Assembly (NCBI RefSeq): GCF_009914755.1
Contig: NC_060928.1
Length of the DNA stretch: 64,000 bases
Origin: the human T2T-CHM13v2.0 reference genome, Homo sapiens
Reading direction: 5' to 3' (one strand)
The notes under the pieces are model-generated. The model saw only the letters and a list, made by a program, of their open reading frames with translations, had not been told where the DNA came from and did not search any database. Shown piece after piece: positions 1 through 12,240 of this stretch; the stretch's first letter is position 1, and every line of letters begins with the position of its first letter. Made by a program: the position numbers and the translations under genes.

Positions 1-600
1 TGTCTGGGTAAGACCCTGCCCCATCAGCGTCCCCTGAAACTTCTCTTCCTTGAATCTCACTTTGATAAGCACACATGCTTGGACTCAAACAGGTCATCTC
101 CAGTATCCATTTCTTTCATTTTCTTTTGTCCCACAATAGAGTTAAACAATACACTGTCTCGTCGTCCAAATGCTTCAAGTGGTTTTACATGCTTTATTCC
201 AACGATCTTCTCAGTATCAATGTGAGAACAGAGAGGATGAAGAAATTTCAATCATTCTTTAAGGGAAAAAAAAAGGCATTTAAAATATCAATTATTTTGC
301 GATCAGCTCAAGATCTTACAGGTATGGCAGAATCAGAACTAAAGTACCAGTGTTCAGACCCTCACGAATATGGTGAATTCATCCTCCTACTCTCTCTCAT
401 AATATAGAGTAAACCTAAATGTAAACTGAACCACTTAAAGGTGGGGTGGGGTGAACGAGAGAAGAGGGGAAGGGGACCATGAACATTAAACCATTTCACT
501 AGAAATTTTCTTTGTTTCTAACCTGTCGTAGGAGTAGAGAAAAAAAAGAGAGATTTTAAAAAGAAATTTTCTTTCTTTTAAGCTATGTCCCTATTGCTCA

Positions 601-908
<308 letters not shown>

Positions 909-1730
909 GAAAATACAAAACATTCTCCTACCAATCCTTACTCAGAATTGAAATTTTCTATTTTTTGTGTGACTCTTTTACTAGTGATGTTCTCTTTTAC
1001 TAGTAATCAGAGGGTCCATGCTATCTTATATATCCTCTCAATGAATATGACTTCATATACTCATCCCTGCCATAGCATCCCATTCTAAAGACATTTTTGT
1101 CTTACGAAGCAATATTTGCCTTGACATTCTGTTATTTGGGAATTTGCACTGTTTCAGTTTCACTGGAAATAATGCTACCATGAGAAACTTTATTCTTCAC
1201 AATGATTTGGAATTTCCTGTGGTTTCTACGCTACGAACAATAAAGTTTTACCTCTTTTTAATTATTGTGAAATTCTTTCCTGGATATATTGTACCCATTT
1301 ACAGAAACATCACCAAAGTGTAAGTGAAGATGTTTTTCCACATTTTAATCAACGCTGGGTTTAAAACTCACATTTATTTTTTTAAAGTGTCTTAGGCATA
1401 TAACTTCACTTTAAAGTTGTCTTAATATATGTTCTTTCAGCTCCTAATGAGGGTGTGTACTTTTCAGGGTGATAATTTATCATCTATATTTCATCCTGGG
1501 TCTCCTTCACTACTCACACTGCCTCTTTTTAAGCACTGAATCATGTCATAGGTGGAGGAAGGGGCCAAAAATAATTGTTTAATCATAACTATACAACCAA
1601 CTCTTTACGATGAAAAACAGAATTCTCTACTTCAGGAAAATGAGATTATATTTAGCCTTCTGAAAATGAGTAACAATCAAGCATAAATACTTGTTAACAG
1701 GTTCACACATAAGCACATGAAAACAAAATT

Positions 1731-1953
1731 GGCCAAGCTGAGGCAGGAGGATTGTTTGAGACCAGGAGCTCGAGATCAGCTTGGGCGACATCGCAAGACC
1801 TCAACTCCAAAAAAAATTTAAAAAATTAGCCGGGCATAGCGGTGCACACCTGTAGTCCCAGCTACACAGGGAGGATCATTTGAGCCCAGGAGTTCGAGGT
1901 TATGGTGAGCTACGATCTCACCACTGCACTCCAGCCTGGGCAAAAAAGTGTGA
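1731..1953 (+). mobile_element. AluJ with internal deletions
   Basis: GAGGCAGGAGGATTGTTTGAGACCAGGAG and GGATCATTTGAGCCCAGGAGTTCGAGG (J-type); tail replaced by a purine repeat. Confidence 0.85.
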
Positions 1954-1954
1954 T

Positions 1955-2030
1955 GGGAGGGAGGAAGGGAGGGAGGACGGGAGGGAGGGAAAGAAAGAAA
2001 AGTAAGGAAGAAAGGAAGGGAGGAAGGAAA
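1955..2030 (+). repeat. (GGGA/GGAA/GAAA)n purine-rich microsatellite
   Basis: Read directly; derived from the Alu tail. Confidence 0.9.
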
Positions 2031-2149
2031 ATTTACCTGGTCTAAGAGGGAGAACCCTTTCCCTCCTCTCTCCCCTATCCCCTTCTTTCAGACAAACCCC
2101 AATTTCTCCATCATGACAGGGCTGTCCAAAAAGTCATCAAGATGTAGTC

Positions 2150-2680
2150 TTATCCTTTGAATGATTCTCCTTCTTATCTCAACAGTTATCTCTATGTCCA
2201 AAACACCTCTTCCTTTCCATTCCCACTGCTCCACGGTTTGGGCCTTCCTCATTTCTGCCCAGACTAGCAAACTCATGTTCCAGCTTCTAGTCTTTGTCCT
2301 ATTCTACGTGGTACTAACAGAGGAACTTCCTATAGTACAGCTCTGACCTTGTTTCTGCAGTGTACAAAATTCTGAGGTGCTTTATGCACTGACAAACCAT
2401 ATCCCAACTGGCTCTCACCAAGAAAACGCATTGCCAGGAGCTCTTCACTGGTATCTCCTTTGGTATTTAAAAGCTTCTTAAGGAATGTGAGTGTGCTTAT
2501 CATAGTGCTTAGCAAGACTCTAAGAGTACTCAAAAGAACTAATTTAGAGTTTTCTGTGTACTATTTCACAATACCCAGTCATCAGATGTAAGCTGAGTAA
2601 AATCAGTATCTTAATTGTATCTCCCACAGTTCGGTGCTTTCAGTGTGGAATTTCTACAAATCATCATTGAACAAATGAAC
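2150..2680 (+). mobile_element. L2 relic(s)
   Basis: Degenerate L2-like pyrimidine-rich body; 3' end-like GATGTAAGCT...TTGAACAAATGAA; boundaries approximate. Confidence 0.55.
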
Positions 2681-3149
2681 TACGGAACCAATTGCTCTTT
2701 ATTGAATCCACTGGTTGAGTGCTCTAGAATAAGCCACCTAGAAACATATTGGTATTTAAAACATCAATGACAAGGAAGATACTAATACTCAAAATACTCC
2801 CACAAATTTGTTTTTGAAAAGAAATTATTGTAAACACAAAATAAATGACAGGCCTTCAGGTGAAGCTCTATTATCATATCATACCTATGACTGACACCAG
2901 CAAAGATATGGATGTGCCTCAGGAAGAAATGTGTTACCAAGACACTAATCCATATACTTTCTAAAGAAATTGCATGTCCTAAAAATATAATCCTTCCAAA
3001 ATTGTTATTATAAGTAAGGCAAGGCTTAGTTTGCTTGATCAGATTTTGACCAATAATAATAAGAAAAAGAATGGAAACCCCCCCTTGACAATCAGTTACA
3101 CATTCTCCTTAATCCCAGCATGATGTAACAGACACTGTCTAAACTCATA

Positions 3150-3300
3150 GTTGGAATTCCAAGTTCATGTTCTTTCTTTCATTAGTTTCATGACCTTGGG
3201 CAAGTCACTTCACCCTAGGATGTCTCTGTTTCTTCACCTGGGAAATGAGAATGTTTGGCTCTGATCTTTCAGATTTCATCTAGCTCCAGAATTCAATGAT
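3150..3300 (+). mobile_element. MIR
   Basis: Core TGACCTTGGGCAAGTCACTTCACC...TGTTTCTTCACCTGGGAAATGAGA. Confidence 0.8.
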
Positions 3301-3325
3301 TTATGAGTATTTAAAATAAGCTTTT

Positions 3326-3757
3326 TACTGATATATATAACAGCATGAATGAATCTCAAATGCACAATGCTAAGTGAAGAAGCCAGATTCGAAAGGCTAC
3401 CTATTCTATGATGATATTCACATGACATTCCAGAAAAAACAGAACCATAGGGATGGAGAGCAGATCAGTGGTTACTGGGGATTGGAGGTACAGGGGATTG
3501 TTTGACTACAAAGGGGTAGCACGAGGAAATGTTCTTTGAGGGTGGGGTAAGAGAACTGTTCCACATCTTGATTGTGGCAGTGGTCTTGAACTCCTGGCCT
3601 CAAGCCATCCTGCTGCCTTGGCCTCCCAAAGTGCTGGGATTCCAGACATGAGCCACCGCACCCTACCCTATGTGGTAGCGGTTAATCCAGGCATTTGCCA
3701 AAATTCACAGAAAGGTACACCAAAAAGAGTACATTTTACTGGATGTGAATTAAAATG
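3326..3757 (+). mobile_element. Ancient L1M (L1ME/MC-type) 3' fragment, interrupted by an Alu fragment
   Basis: ATGAATCTCAAA...ATGCTAAGTGAAGAAGCCAGA...AGATCAGTGGTT...ATCTTGATTGTGG; resumes after 3670 (TTTGCCAAAATTCACAGAA). Confidence 0.8.
3581..3668 (-). mobile_element. 3'-truncated (tailless) Alu/FLAM, first ~88 nt only
   Basis: Reverse complement of the Alu 5' end through GTTCAAGACCA; no A tail; flanks TGTGGCAGTGGT (3573-3584) and TGTGGTAGCGGT (3671-3682). Confidence 0.9.
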
Positions 3758-4154
3758 ATTTAAGGTATTAGAAAATTTATTTTTCCAAATCCAATGCATC
3801 TTTGATGACATAATAGCTGGACAATATCCCCCAAGAAATTAACACCAAACTTCTGGATTTACTGTCGCCATTTTAAGACTGATGAACAGGTTTACACCCA
3901 AATAATTTGCGGTGTGTTTTTACGGTGGTGGTGGTGTTAATCTTTCAATGGACATTCTACAGAGTGCTTCTGTGTAGCTCTGTTTTCCAGTGTGGAATAT
4001 CCAACAATGAAACAGCGAAATGAACTCTAGCGGAAATGATTCTAGGGCTGCCCAGGACCTGTGTGGCCTTCATGGAATGTTAGAATGTTGTTGTTATCTT
4101 TGTGATTCAAACTAAAGATATGAGGCACACAACAGGAATGACAATAACAACACA

Positions 4155-4405
4155 GCAATAATAGCAACAGCTAACATTTAATCAGCACTTAGTAAGTTCC
4201 AGGCACTGTTCTAAGTGCTTACCTACAGCTGAAGTGCTACAGTAGCTCATTTAGTTCTCAGAACAATCCTGTACTGGGTTATACTGCTATCTCAATTGAC
4301 AGTTGAGAAGATCAAACAATGTTCTCAAGGTCAACTGGCCCATGGGTGGCAGAGTCAGAATGCAAACCTAGACAGTCTAACTCTTACCACAAAGCTAAAG
4401 CTGCC
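4155..4405 (-). mobile_element. MIR
   Basis: AATAGCAACAGCTAACATTT...CCAGGCACTGTTCTAAGTGCTT...CTCAAGGTCA. Confidence 0.8.
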
Positions 4406-4513
4406 TAGAAAAGCTTCATTGAAAGAATAACTTATTCATCTTCGTGGAGAGTCTGTGGCTACTACTACATGCTTCCACAAATTCTTATCTAGGCTTTCTT
4501 CAGAAATTGGACA

Positions 4514-4928
<415 letters not shown>

Positions 4929-5802
4929 CTACATACACTATTTTACACAATCAGGTACAACTGCTTTTTCCTATTCCATTCTCCTTGCTCGCAGCAAAGC
5001 TGGCTTTAGCTGACAGGCAAGATTTTTTTCCTAAAGCCTTCCAAGATAAGCCAAGAGAGGGGCTGAGCTTCTCCTACCTGCCACCAGTTAGGGTCTACCT
5101 TTTCTTTAAATCATTTTCACTATTTTATGTAGGTTTAAGCCTCTGGGTAGAAATCTGTCCCAAAGCAGACAAGTTCCTGTTCCTGAAATGACTAATTCCT
5201 TGCACAAGGCAAGAGGCTGGTTAGAACCCTTTCAACTAGAGGGAATGATTAGTGTAAAACAAAACAAAACAACAAAACAAAACAAAAAAAAAAAAAAAAA
5301 CAGGACCAAGGACCAAGCTGCTGAGGCTGAAGGAAACCACATAAACAAAAACAATACACCCATTAGATAGTACTTGTAAGGTATTCAGACCCTGAGAAAT
5401 TAGTTTGAATGCAGTAGAAAGGCAGATTACAGGAGAGAAAGGGCTCCCAACTAGTTCAAGGGTTTGTTTAGTCTACTTATCAAGCCCAAACTAATCATCT
5501 TAATGGCTGTTTATGCCCAGAACAGGGTTCAAATGGCCTTTCGAAGAAAGCAGGGCAGACCCAGGCTAGCAACCTTCCTCTCTTCGAGGACTGCAACCTT
5601 CTTCTCTCCAAGGACCCCAGGATTCTCCTTACTAAGGATCCCCACTCTGAGCAGGTAAAACAGCAGGCCATAGTTTTATTTATTTCCTATCTATTTATTT
5701 CCTATCTTCAAACGAGACTATACACTCCAAAAAGCAGTGGGGTATCATCTCTGTTGTCCATTGCTCTATCTAGCTTATAGATCATTTTTGAGATAAAAAC
5801 TT

Positions 5803-5878
5803 TATATATATATACGTATATATATACGTATATATATATATATATACGTATATATATATATACGTATATATATATATA
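5803..5878. repeat. (TA)n microsatellite interrupted by four CG dinucleotides
   Basis: (TA)6 CG (TA)5 CG (TA)9 CG (TA)7 CG (TA)7. Confidence 0.95.
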
Positions 5879-6169
5879 ATATCAGAGGGTTAATGAACTG
5901 TCTGGAGGGAAAGATGGGAACTCAGACTTAATTTAACTCCTTGCTTTTCCCCGATGCAGACACCGAAACCTTGCGACTGAGCATCAACAGGTGCCTTCCT
6001 CCTGCAAGGAAACTTTCAGAAAATCTTCAAGGTAAACCAACTATCATTCTACCAGAATCAAGGACACCGGTTTCCAAAATTCTAATCCAAAAGGGGGAGT
6101 GGGACTGGGGGAAGATCATCAACAAGGCAATCCTTCACCTACTCCTACTCCTCAAAGCAGCATCAGATG

Positions 6170-6470
6170 AGAAGCCGGGTGAGGCATGTTAACCGAGAAG
6201 CCCTCCTCCAATTAATGTGCTATTGCTCCTTTAAAACCGAGAACAAACGGCGCGGCCGCTCCTGATCCCGGAGGCTGCAGAGCAGTAATTGTCACTTAGC
6301 CACTTAACTCCCCGCCGCACTGCTCACTCACTCATCGTGGTTTATCTCTCAGCCAATTACTGCTGTCATTTGCGTTTCAATGTGTGCCATCAGGGGCCAG
6401 GCCCAGTCGACAGCAGAACAGAAAACACCGGGAGGAGAGCCGACTGGCTTCCAGAGGCGGGTGGAGCCCA
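6170..6470. promoter_or_regulatory. Candidate enhancer / low-methylation element
   Basis: Unique sequence with ~16 CpG in 300 bp, NotI site GCGGCCGC at 6252-6259, clustered TAAT/ATTA and TGTCA motifs. Confidence 0.5.
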
Positions 6471-7135
6471 CACCTCATTCCCTGCTGCTCTGTGGGAGCT
6501 TGGAAGGTATTCTCCTATCGCAGAGGCTCCCAAAACAGCTCCAGAAGGGACCCAAAACTACCTGACCACACTCCAGTTTTGTGCTGTGCCTGGCTGTACA
6601 CTGAGGCAACCAAAAAGAAGAAAATTTGAGCCCTAAGTACCAAGTCAATAATAAGGATGGTGATATTAAAGCAACAGAAACTTTAGCAGCTTAGTGTGAC
6701 AGCAGACAAGAGACAAGTAGAGGAAGTGGCAAGGATTCCTGCACTGTATTATTGTGAAATCCACCCAGGGCTAGCCTACAAATGTGAAGACAGGAAAACT
6801 TTATAGGTCTCGCTGCTCTTTTATGCGAGCAGATTTCCAGGCACGATGTTGTTCACCCATCTATAACTTGGCCCCAAAGTGTGAGGAACATATGAATTTT
6901 CTTAGGCGGTCCTGAGTTGAAATATCTAAAAATTATATTTGCATTCTATTGCCATATTATAGACTGGTGATACATTCTATACTTGGTAACACAATTTCAT
7001 TTTTAAAAAAATTTCTTCAAGGCACAACCAGATGTGACTTTTTATAACTAAATCAGAAAAAAAGCTTGCCAGACCATGTGTCCAGATTTTTCAGTTCTGC
7101 AAAGATATCCTTTCTGGTTGCTCAGTGGATCCTAA

Positions 7136-7476
<341 letters not shown>

Positions 7477-9099
7477 AAGACTCATGTCTTTAAATAGTTT
7501 GTTTACTCTGCCTTCCTGGATCAAATCTATACCATCATGTGCTGCATTAGGGCTTTTCTCCCAGAAGGTTGAAACCTCCCATGATTGTAGAGGCAGCACC
7601 TTGGCTGTATTACCCTAGCCTGAGATTTCCTTTGGAGTGCATTCGGTCTGGCCGTCAGGTTGTCCTGCTCACTGTGCAGCATGATCCCCCTGACATTCCA
7701 TCCTTTGGAGCCCCAGTAACCACAGCAGGAGAGCCAGCAGCTGAGGCTGAGCCAGAAGAGACCTGTTCTAGCTGGATCTGCACAGCCTGGTCTCTGGGTC
7801 TAAAATAAAACTCTTAACTTCTCTGCCAATGAGCTCTGCCAGGCCTGATGACGTAACAGGTCCCTTCAGTTCTATTTGCAGGCAAGGTCCATTTACATCA
7901 GGATTTCATCCAGGTAAGGGGGAATTTGGGAGGGGGAGGGAGTGAGGGACTCTCAGAGAATGGACCTGTCTTCCCATCATGCATGGAAAAGGTCTGAAAG
8001 AGCTGGTGAGGTGCCAAAGTAATTGTACACGTCATCTTGAGCTGTGCAAAGAGGAGCAGGCCTAGCTATAGCTAATTGCTATCCTCCGGCTATATGCTCC
8101 CCACTGAATACCAGAGAGGGGAATCTGTTCGGTGCATAACAAAGAAAAATCACAAGTAAAATAAAGCTAAGCAGCAGCCGGCCAACGCTGTGATGCTGCG
8201 ACCGCCAACCATGGCCAGCCACACACAGGGAAACTCGGATTTGTCCTCACTCATCTTCTCTCAGGCCTTCTAATTAAGAAAACCTTAAACTTGGAACCAA
8301 TTTACTCCTTTCTCGCTCATTTAAGTCATCACCCTGACCCATCTCTGATGAAGACAGAGCACTTCAAACAATGGAGAGTAGTTCCTAAGATAGCCGGTGG
8401 CCAACGTGAACTTCCTAATTAAGGACCCACACAAAAGTAACTTTCTCTTCTTCTGGGCTCTTTGTGTTTGTAAAAATGCGGCTTCAAGCTGAACAAACTA
8501 TTTGATCATCTTCCCGCTTCCTTCCTCCTTTCCTGTCTGTCTGTCTGTAATGTTTCTCAGCTGATCAATAGCTGTCTCTCTGTGTCATGAAGTGTGCAAT
8601 AAGCTGTTCTTTTTCTTTTGTCTCAAAGCCAGAAGACGCTGTATGGAAAGACCAGTTCCTCTTCTCCCACCCTTCTCGCTGTGCGTGGCAGCCCAGTGGA
8701 GGTCTGGACGCTTGCCACTGAGTGCCAAGAGCAAAACCCAGGCCAATCAGCAGGACGGATCCAAGCCCCTGACTGCAGCAGAGGTGCCTCTCCGCAGCCA
8801 GGCTGCAGCCACCCACAGCCTTGGGGCTGCCCTGACCCTGCCTCAGGCAGGAGCCCCGCCTCCTTCTCAAAGGACGTCACAGAGTACCTGCCCTTGGGGT
8901 GCCACACATCTTTCTTTGCTCTCTTTTTTCAGATTCAATTTGCCTGAATAGGAAGAACCTCTCCTTCCTGCCTAATCTATTCCCAGAAATCCCAGCTGCT
9001 CTCCCCAACTTTCACAGAGCAAATCAGTAGGCCCACCACTGTCCATGTTGGAGATCACACTGAGCCTCGTCTGGACCCCCCACTGCTTCTGGAGCATCT

Positions 9100-9775
9100 C
9101 CACAGACGGTCAAATCTGCATATCCAAACCTGAATCCTTCATCTTTCTCTCCCACTTGACCCCCAATTGGCAACAACACCCTGCACTCCAGGCTGAGGGT
9201 CAGGCTTAACTGTCCCCTCTCCTCATCTCCTACATCCTCTGCAAGCTTTCTAAATTTTATTTCACACACATTTCTCAAATCCAGCCCCCAGAATCTAGAG
9301 ATAAGACCACAGCCCTAGTTCAAGCCCAAATCCATCCTCCTCACTGCCCTTCTTGCCCCCTCTTCTTTCCAGGGGCCGCCTAACACAGAATTCTAACTCC
9401 ATTGCCCTGTGTCCCTCTGCCCTACCCTCCGAGCCCCCCAATAACATCTGAGAACCCATGTTCCTCTCCACTGTCACCCACTCAATCCTTGCAGCAGGGA
9501 CCTGCACTGGTTCCTACCCCGCCACAGGAAGCTTCCTGCTTCCTGTTCAGGCTCCACCCTCTCCAGAGAAAGGCCCCTCCTCCCCTTCACCCAGCTAATA
9601 ACTCTGACTTTGTTCACGGACTCCCCACCTCCAGACTGGGCTAAGTGCTTCATACACATTTCTGTCATTGGATCAAGCTCCTAAAGGGCAGGGACTGGGT
9701 AATATTTCCCTGTGTAGTCTCAGCACCCAGTTACACACTGTGGGCTCCTGTTACACACAGCAGGTTCTCAGCAAT
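9100..9775 (+). mobile_element. L2 relic
   Basis: Degenerate body ending in an L2 3'-like AAGCTCCTAAAGGGCAGGGAC...CTCAGCACCCAG. Confidence 0.6.
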
Positions 9776-9999
9776 TGGGATATTGCATTTGTACTTTCAG
9801 ATTACTAGCTGATGCTCTCTATTACCTACCACAGGGCAATCAATACCTAAGTATGCCTTAGACCCATTCTGGTGCTACCTATTTAAAGAAGGCAGACTCC
9901 TAGACACCAACGGTTGTGTCTATGGAACATATTTTGTCTAGCAACTTACGCACTTTGGGGTACTTAATAACTTGATGGAGTTGAAGATGATGACGGTGA

Positions 10000-10105
10000 C
10001 AATGACGTCAACCAGGACAGGAAACTGGAGATGATTAGACATCCTTTATTCTCCAAGGCTGTGTAGCTGCTTAAAACAGTTCTCGATGAGTCACAGAATG
10101 ACAGC
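10000..10105. promoter_or_regulatory. Candidate bZIP enhancer (CRE + AP-1)
   Basis: TGACGTCA at 10003-10010 and TGAGTCA at 10087-10093 in unique sequence. Confidence 0.35.
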
Positions 10106-11994
10106 TCATTTATCTTGAAACCTTAACTAACCAGAATACAGCATGGACCCTCAGTCAGACACACTTCTGAGAAGCTGAAATACGTATCCGAAAGTTCACA
10201 TGCTTGTCCACACACAAGTTAAAGAGGTAACTTGTGGAAGGGGTCATCTAGTCTGCATTCAGGGCCTATTTATTCTTGCTTAACATTCACCTTGATAATC
10301 TATGCGATCTCATTCCTCAGTCACAGCAAGTTATTTGATGTAAAATATGAGAAGAGGCGAGGTGGCAAGAGGCTGCTGGGGACTGACACGTGGGAGCAGT
10401 GCAGAAGAGAACCCTGACAAACCTTAAAAGAACACAAAGTACATAGTAGTCTTGGGATGGCTCATGTTGAGGGACAATGAGTTCCACACATATTAACAAA
10501 CCCTAATGACACCATCACACAAAGGTACAATATTTACCCTCACGATGATGAGCAAGATACCGAGAGAGTTACATTCTGTGCAATATTTTCTACCTGCAGA
10601 GAAAAGGAAGTTGAGAGAATATTTTAAGATGATTTCTATCAAGGTGATTTTTTTTTAAGGAGTTTTAGCATTTACTGAAGTAGATTGCATTTATCTGGAA
10701 ATTTTGCTGCTGAGATACCTGACAAATGAGCCATTGCTTAACTTCATCCAGCATGGAACTATTAAGTAGCCACGGCACAGGCCTTGCCCACCAAGAGTGC
10801 ACAGCCTAAAACAGCCCAATACCCTGGAGAATACATTTGTATATTTAGTTTTATTTTAAAACACAGTGAAACAGGAAACACTATCTGCCAGAAAACTACC
10901 AAATATAGAATGTCCCACACCTCCCCATCCATGCAAAACACAAACGGACTAAGATTTCAATTCAGGGCAAGAGCATAAGAGATGAGTCTATTTCAAGGCA
11001 GGTTCCACTTGGGAAATGATAATCTTCTTTTGGTCTTGATAACCCACTCTCCTCAGTCTCTCTCTCCTTTCCTCTCTCCCTCCACCTTTCACCACCTCAT
11101 CTCAGCTTCTTCAGTGTACAGGAGCTGCTTAGAAGGAGAAGACGAAGCCGAGGTTTTGTTCGAGTTGTTACAGTCCCATGGTCATTTCCGTAGTGGGTCA
11201 GCAAGTACAACCAAAGTAAATCCAAAGAAGGGAAGGATGAGAGCTACCTGGTTATTTTTCAAAAAGATGGGGCTTTGAAATGGGATTTAAAAAAAAGTTG
11301 GGAAGTATTAAAGGGAAAATCTTCCTGAAACCGGATACTGAAGAAGGAATGTACTGAAGGAAGACGGGGTGAAGAGTGGCCAGAAAAAAAAAAAGGTTAA
11401 TTTTATAAATAATACCAAAGAGTTAAGTGGACAGAATGATGGGAAAGAAGCTAAAGTTTGGCCACTTATCTGACCATACCTGCAAAACTGGAAATTTCAC
11501 AACCTCATCTCCAAGCTCACGTTCCTTCGTGGTGACAAGAGGGAAGTGAAGACTTTTAACCAGATGGGAAAAGTTACCACAATATTTCCAATACTGTGTT
11601 TCCACCAAATATTTCCAAACTGGCATAGGATAGAGGGCATGAACCAGCTATCACTGACTGGCTTGGCATTTTTGTCAACCTGCCTGTATTAAGAAACCTG
11701 TCTTGAAAAGAGCATTTTTATTAAAAGCTAAAAGCCTTCAAGTCCTCCACGTTTTTCTCCACTACGAAGTATTAGAATAGAGAGAATAAGCTATCGTTCA
11801 TTTATTCAACATTTACTGAACACCTATTAATTATGTGCTCGGTCCAGGGAGTTCTTAAGAGTTCTCACATTTTCAAAAACTGGGAGAACTTCTATTTTGC
11901 ATATGTGAAGTGTGTTTATTTATACCCAAACAATATTGTGATAAAGAACATTTGTAGTTCACTCAAAATATTCGCAGTATGCTCAAAAGGGCAA

Positions 11995-12165
11995 AGGTTT
12001 TTTGAATCCGAGCTCTATTACATACAATGCGCACGTCCTTGGGCAAATTATTTCTCTAGACCTTGTTTTCTTCATCTGTGTAATGGGGAACTAGGTTTCA
12101 TCATTTTTTATGAAGATTAAGTGAAATATCAGCTGGCAAGCACTTAACAGAAGCTGGCACATGGC
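11995..12165 (+). mobile_element. MIR
   Basis: CCTTGGGCAAATTATTT...TTTTCTTCATCTGTGTAATGGGG...GAAGATTAAGTGA. Confidence 0.75.
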
Positions 12166-12240
12166 ATTCAAGCAATCATGCATTTAGTAAATATTTATTG
12201 AGCACCTCGTATACGCCAGGCTGTGTTGTAAACACAGAGC
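12165..12240 (-). mobile_element. L2 3' end fragment
   Basis: CATTTAGTAAATATTTATTGAGCACCT...GCCAGGC. Confidence 0.65.

Noticed and set aside
10982-11278. 98-aa ORF with a plus-strand polypyrimidine tract/CAG and an acidic stretch (EGEDEAEVLFELL)
   Set aside because: No protein match that I recognise and no good downstream donor; I cannot support an exon or pseudogene.
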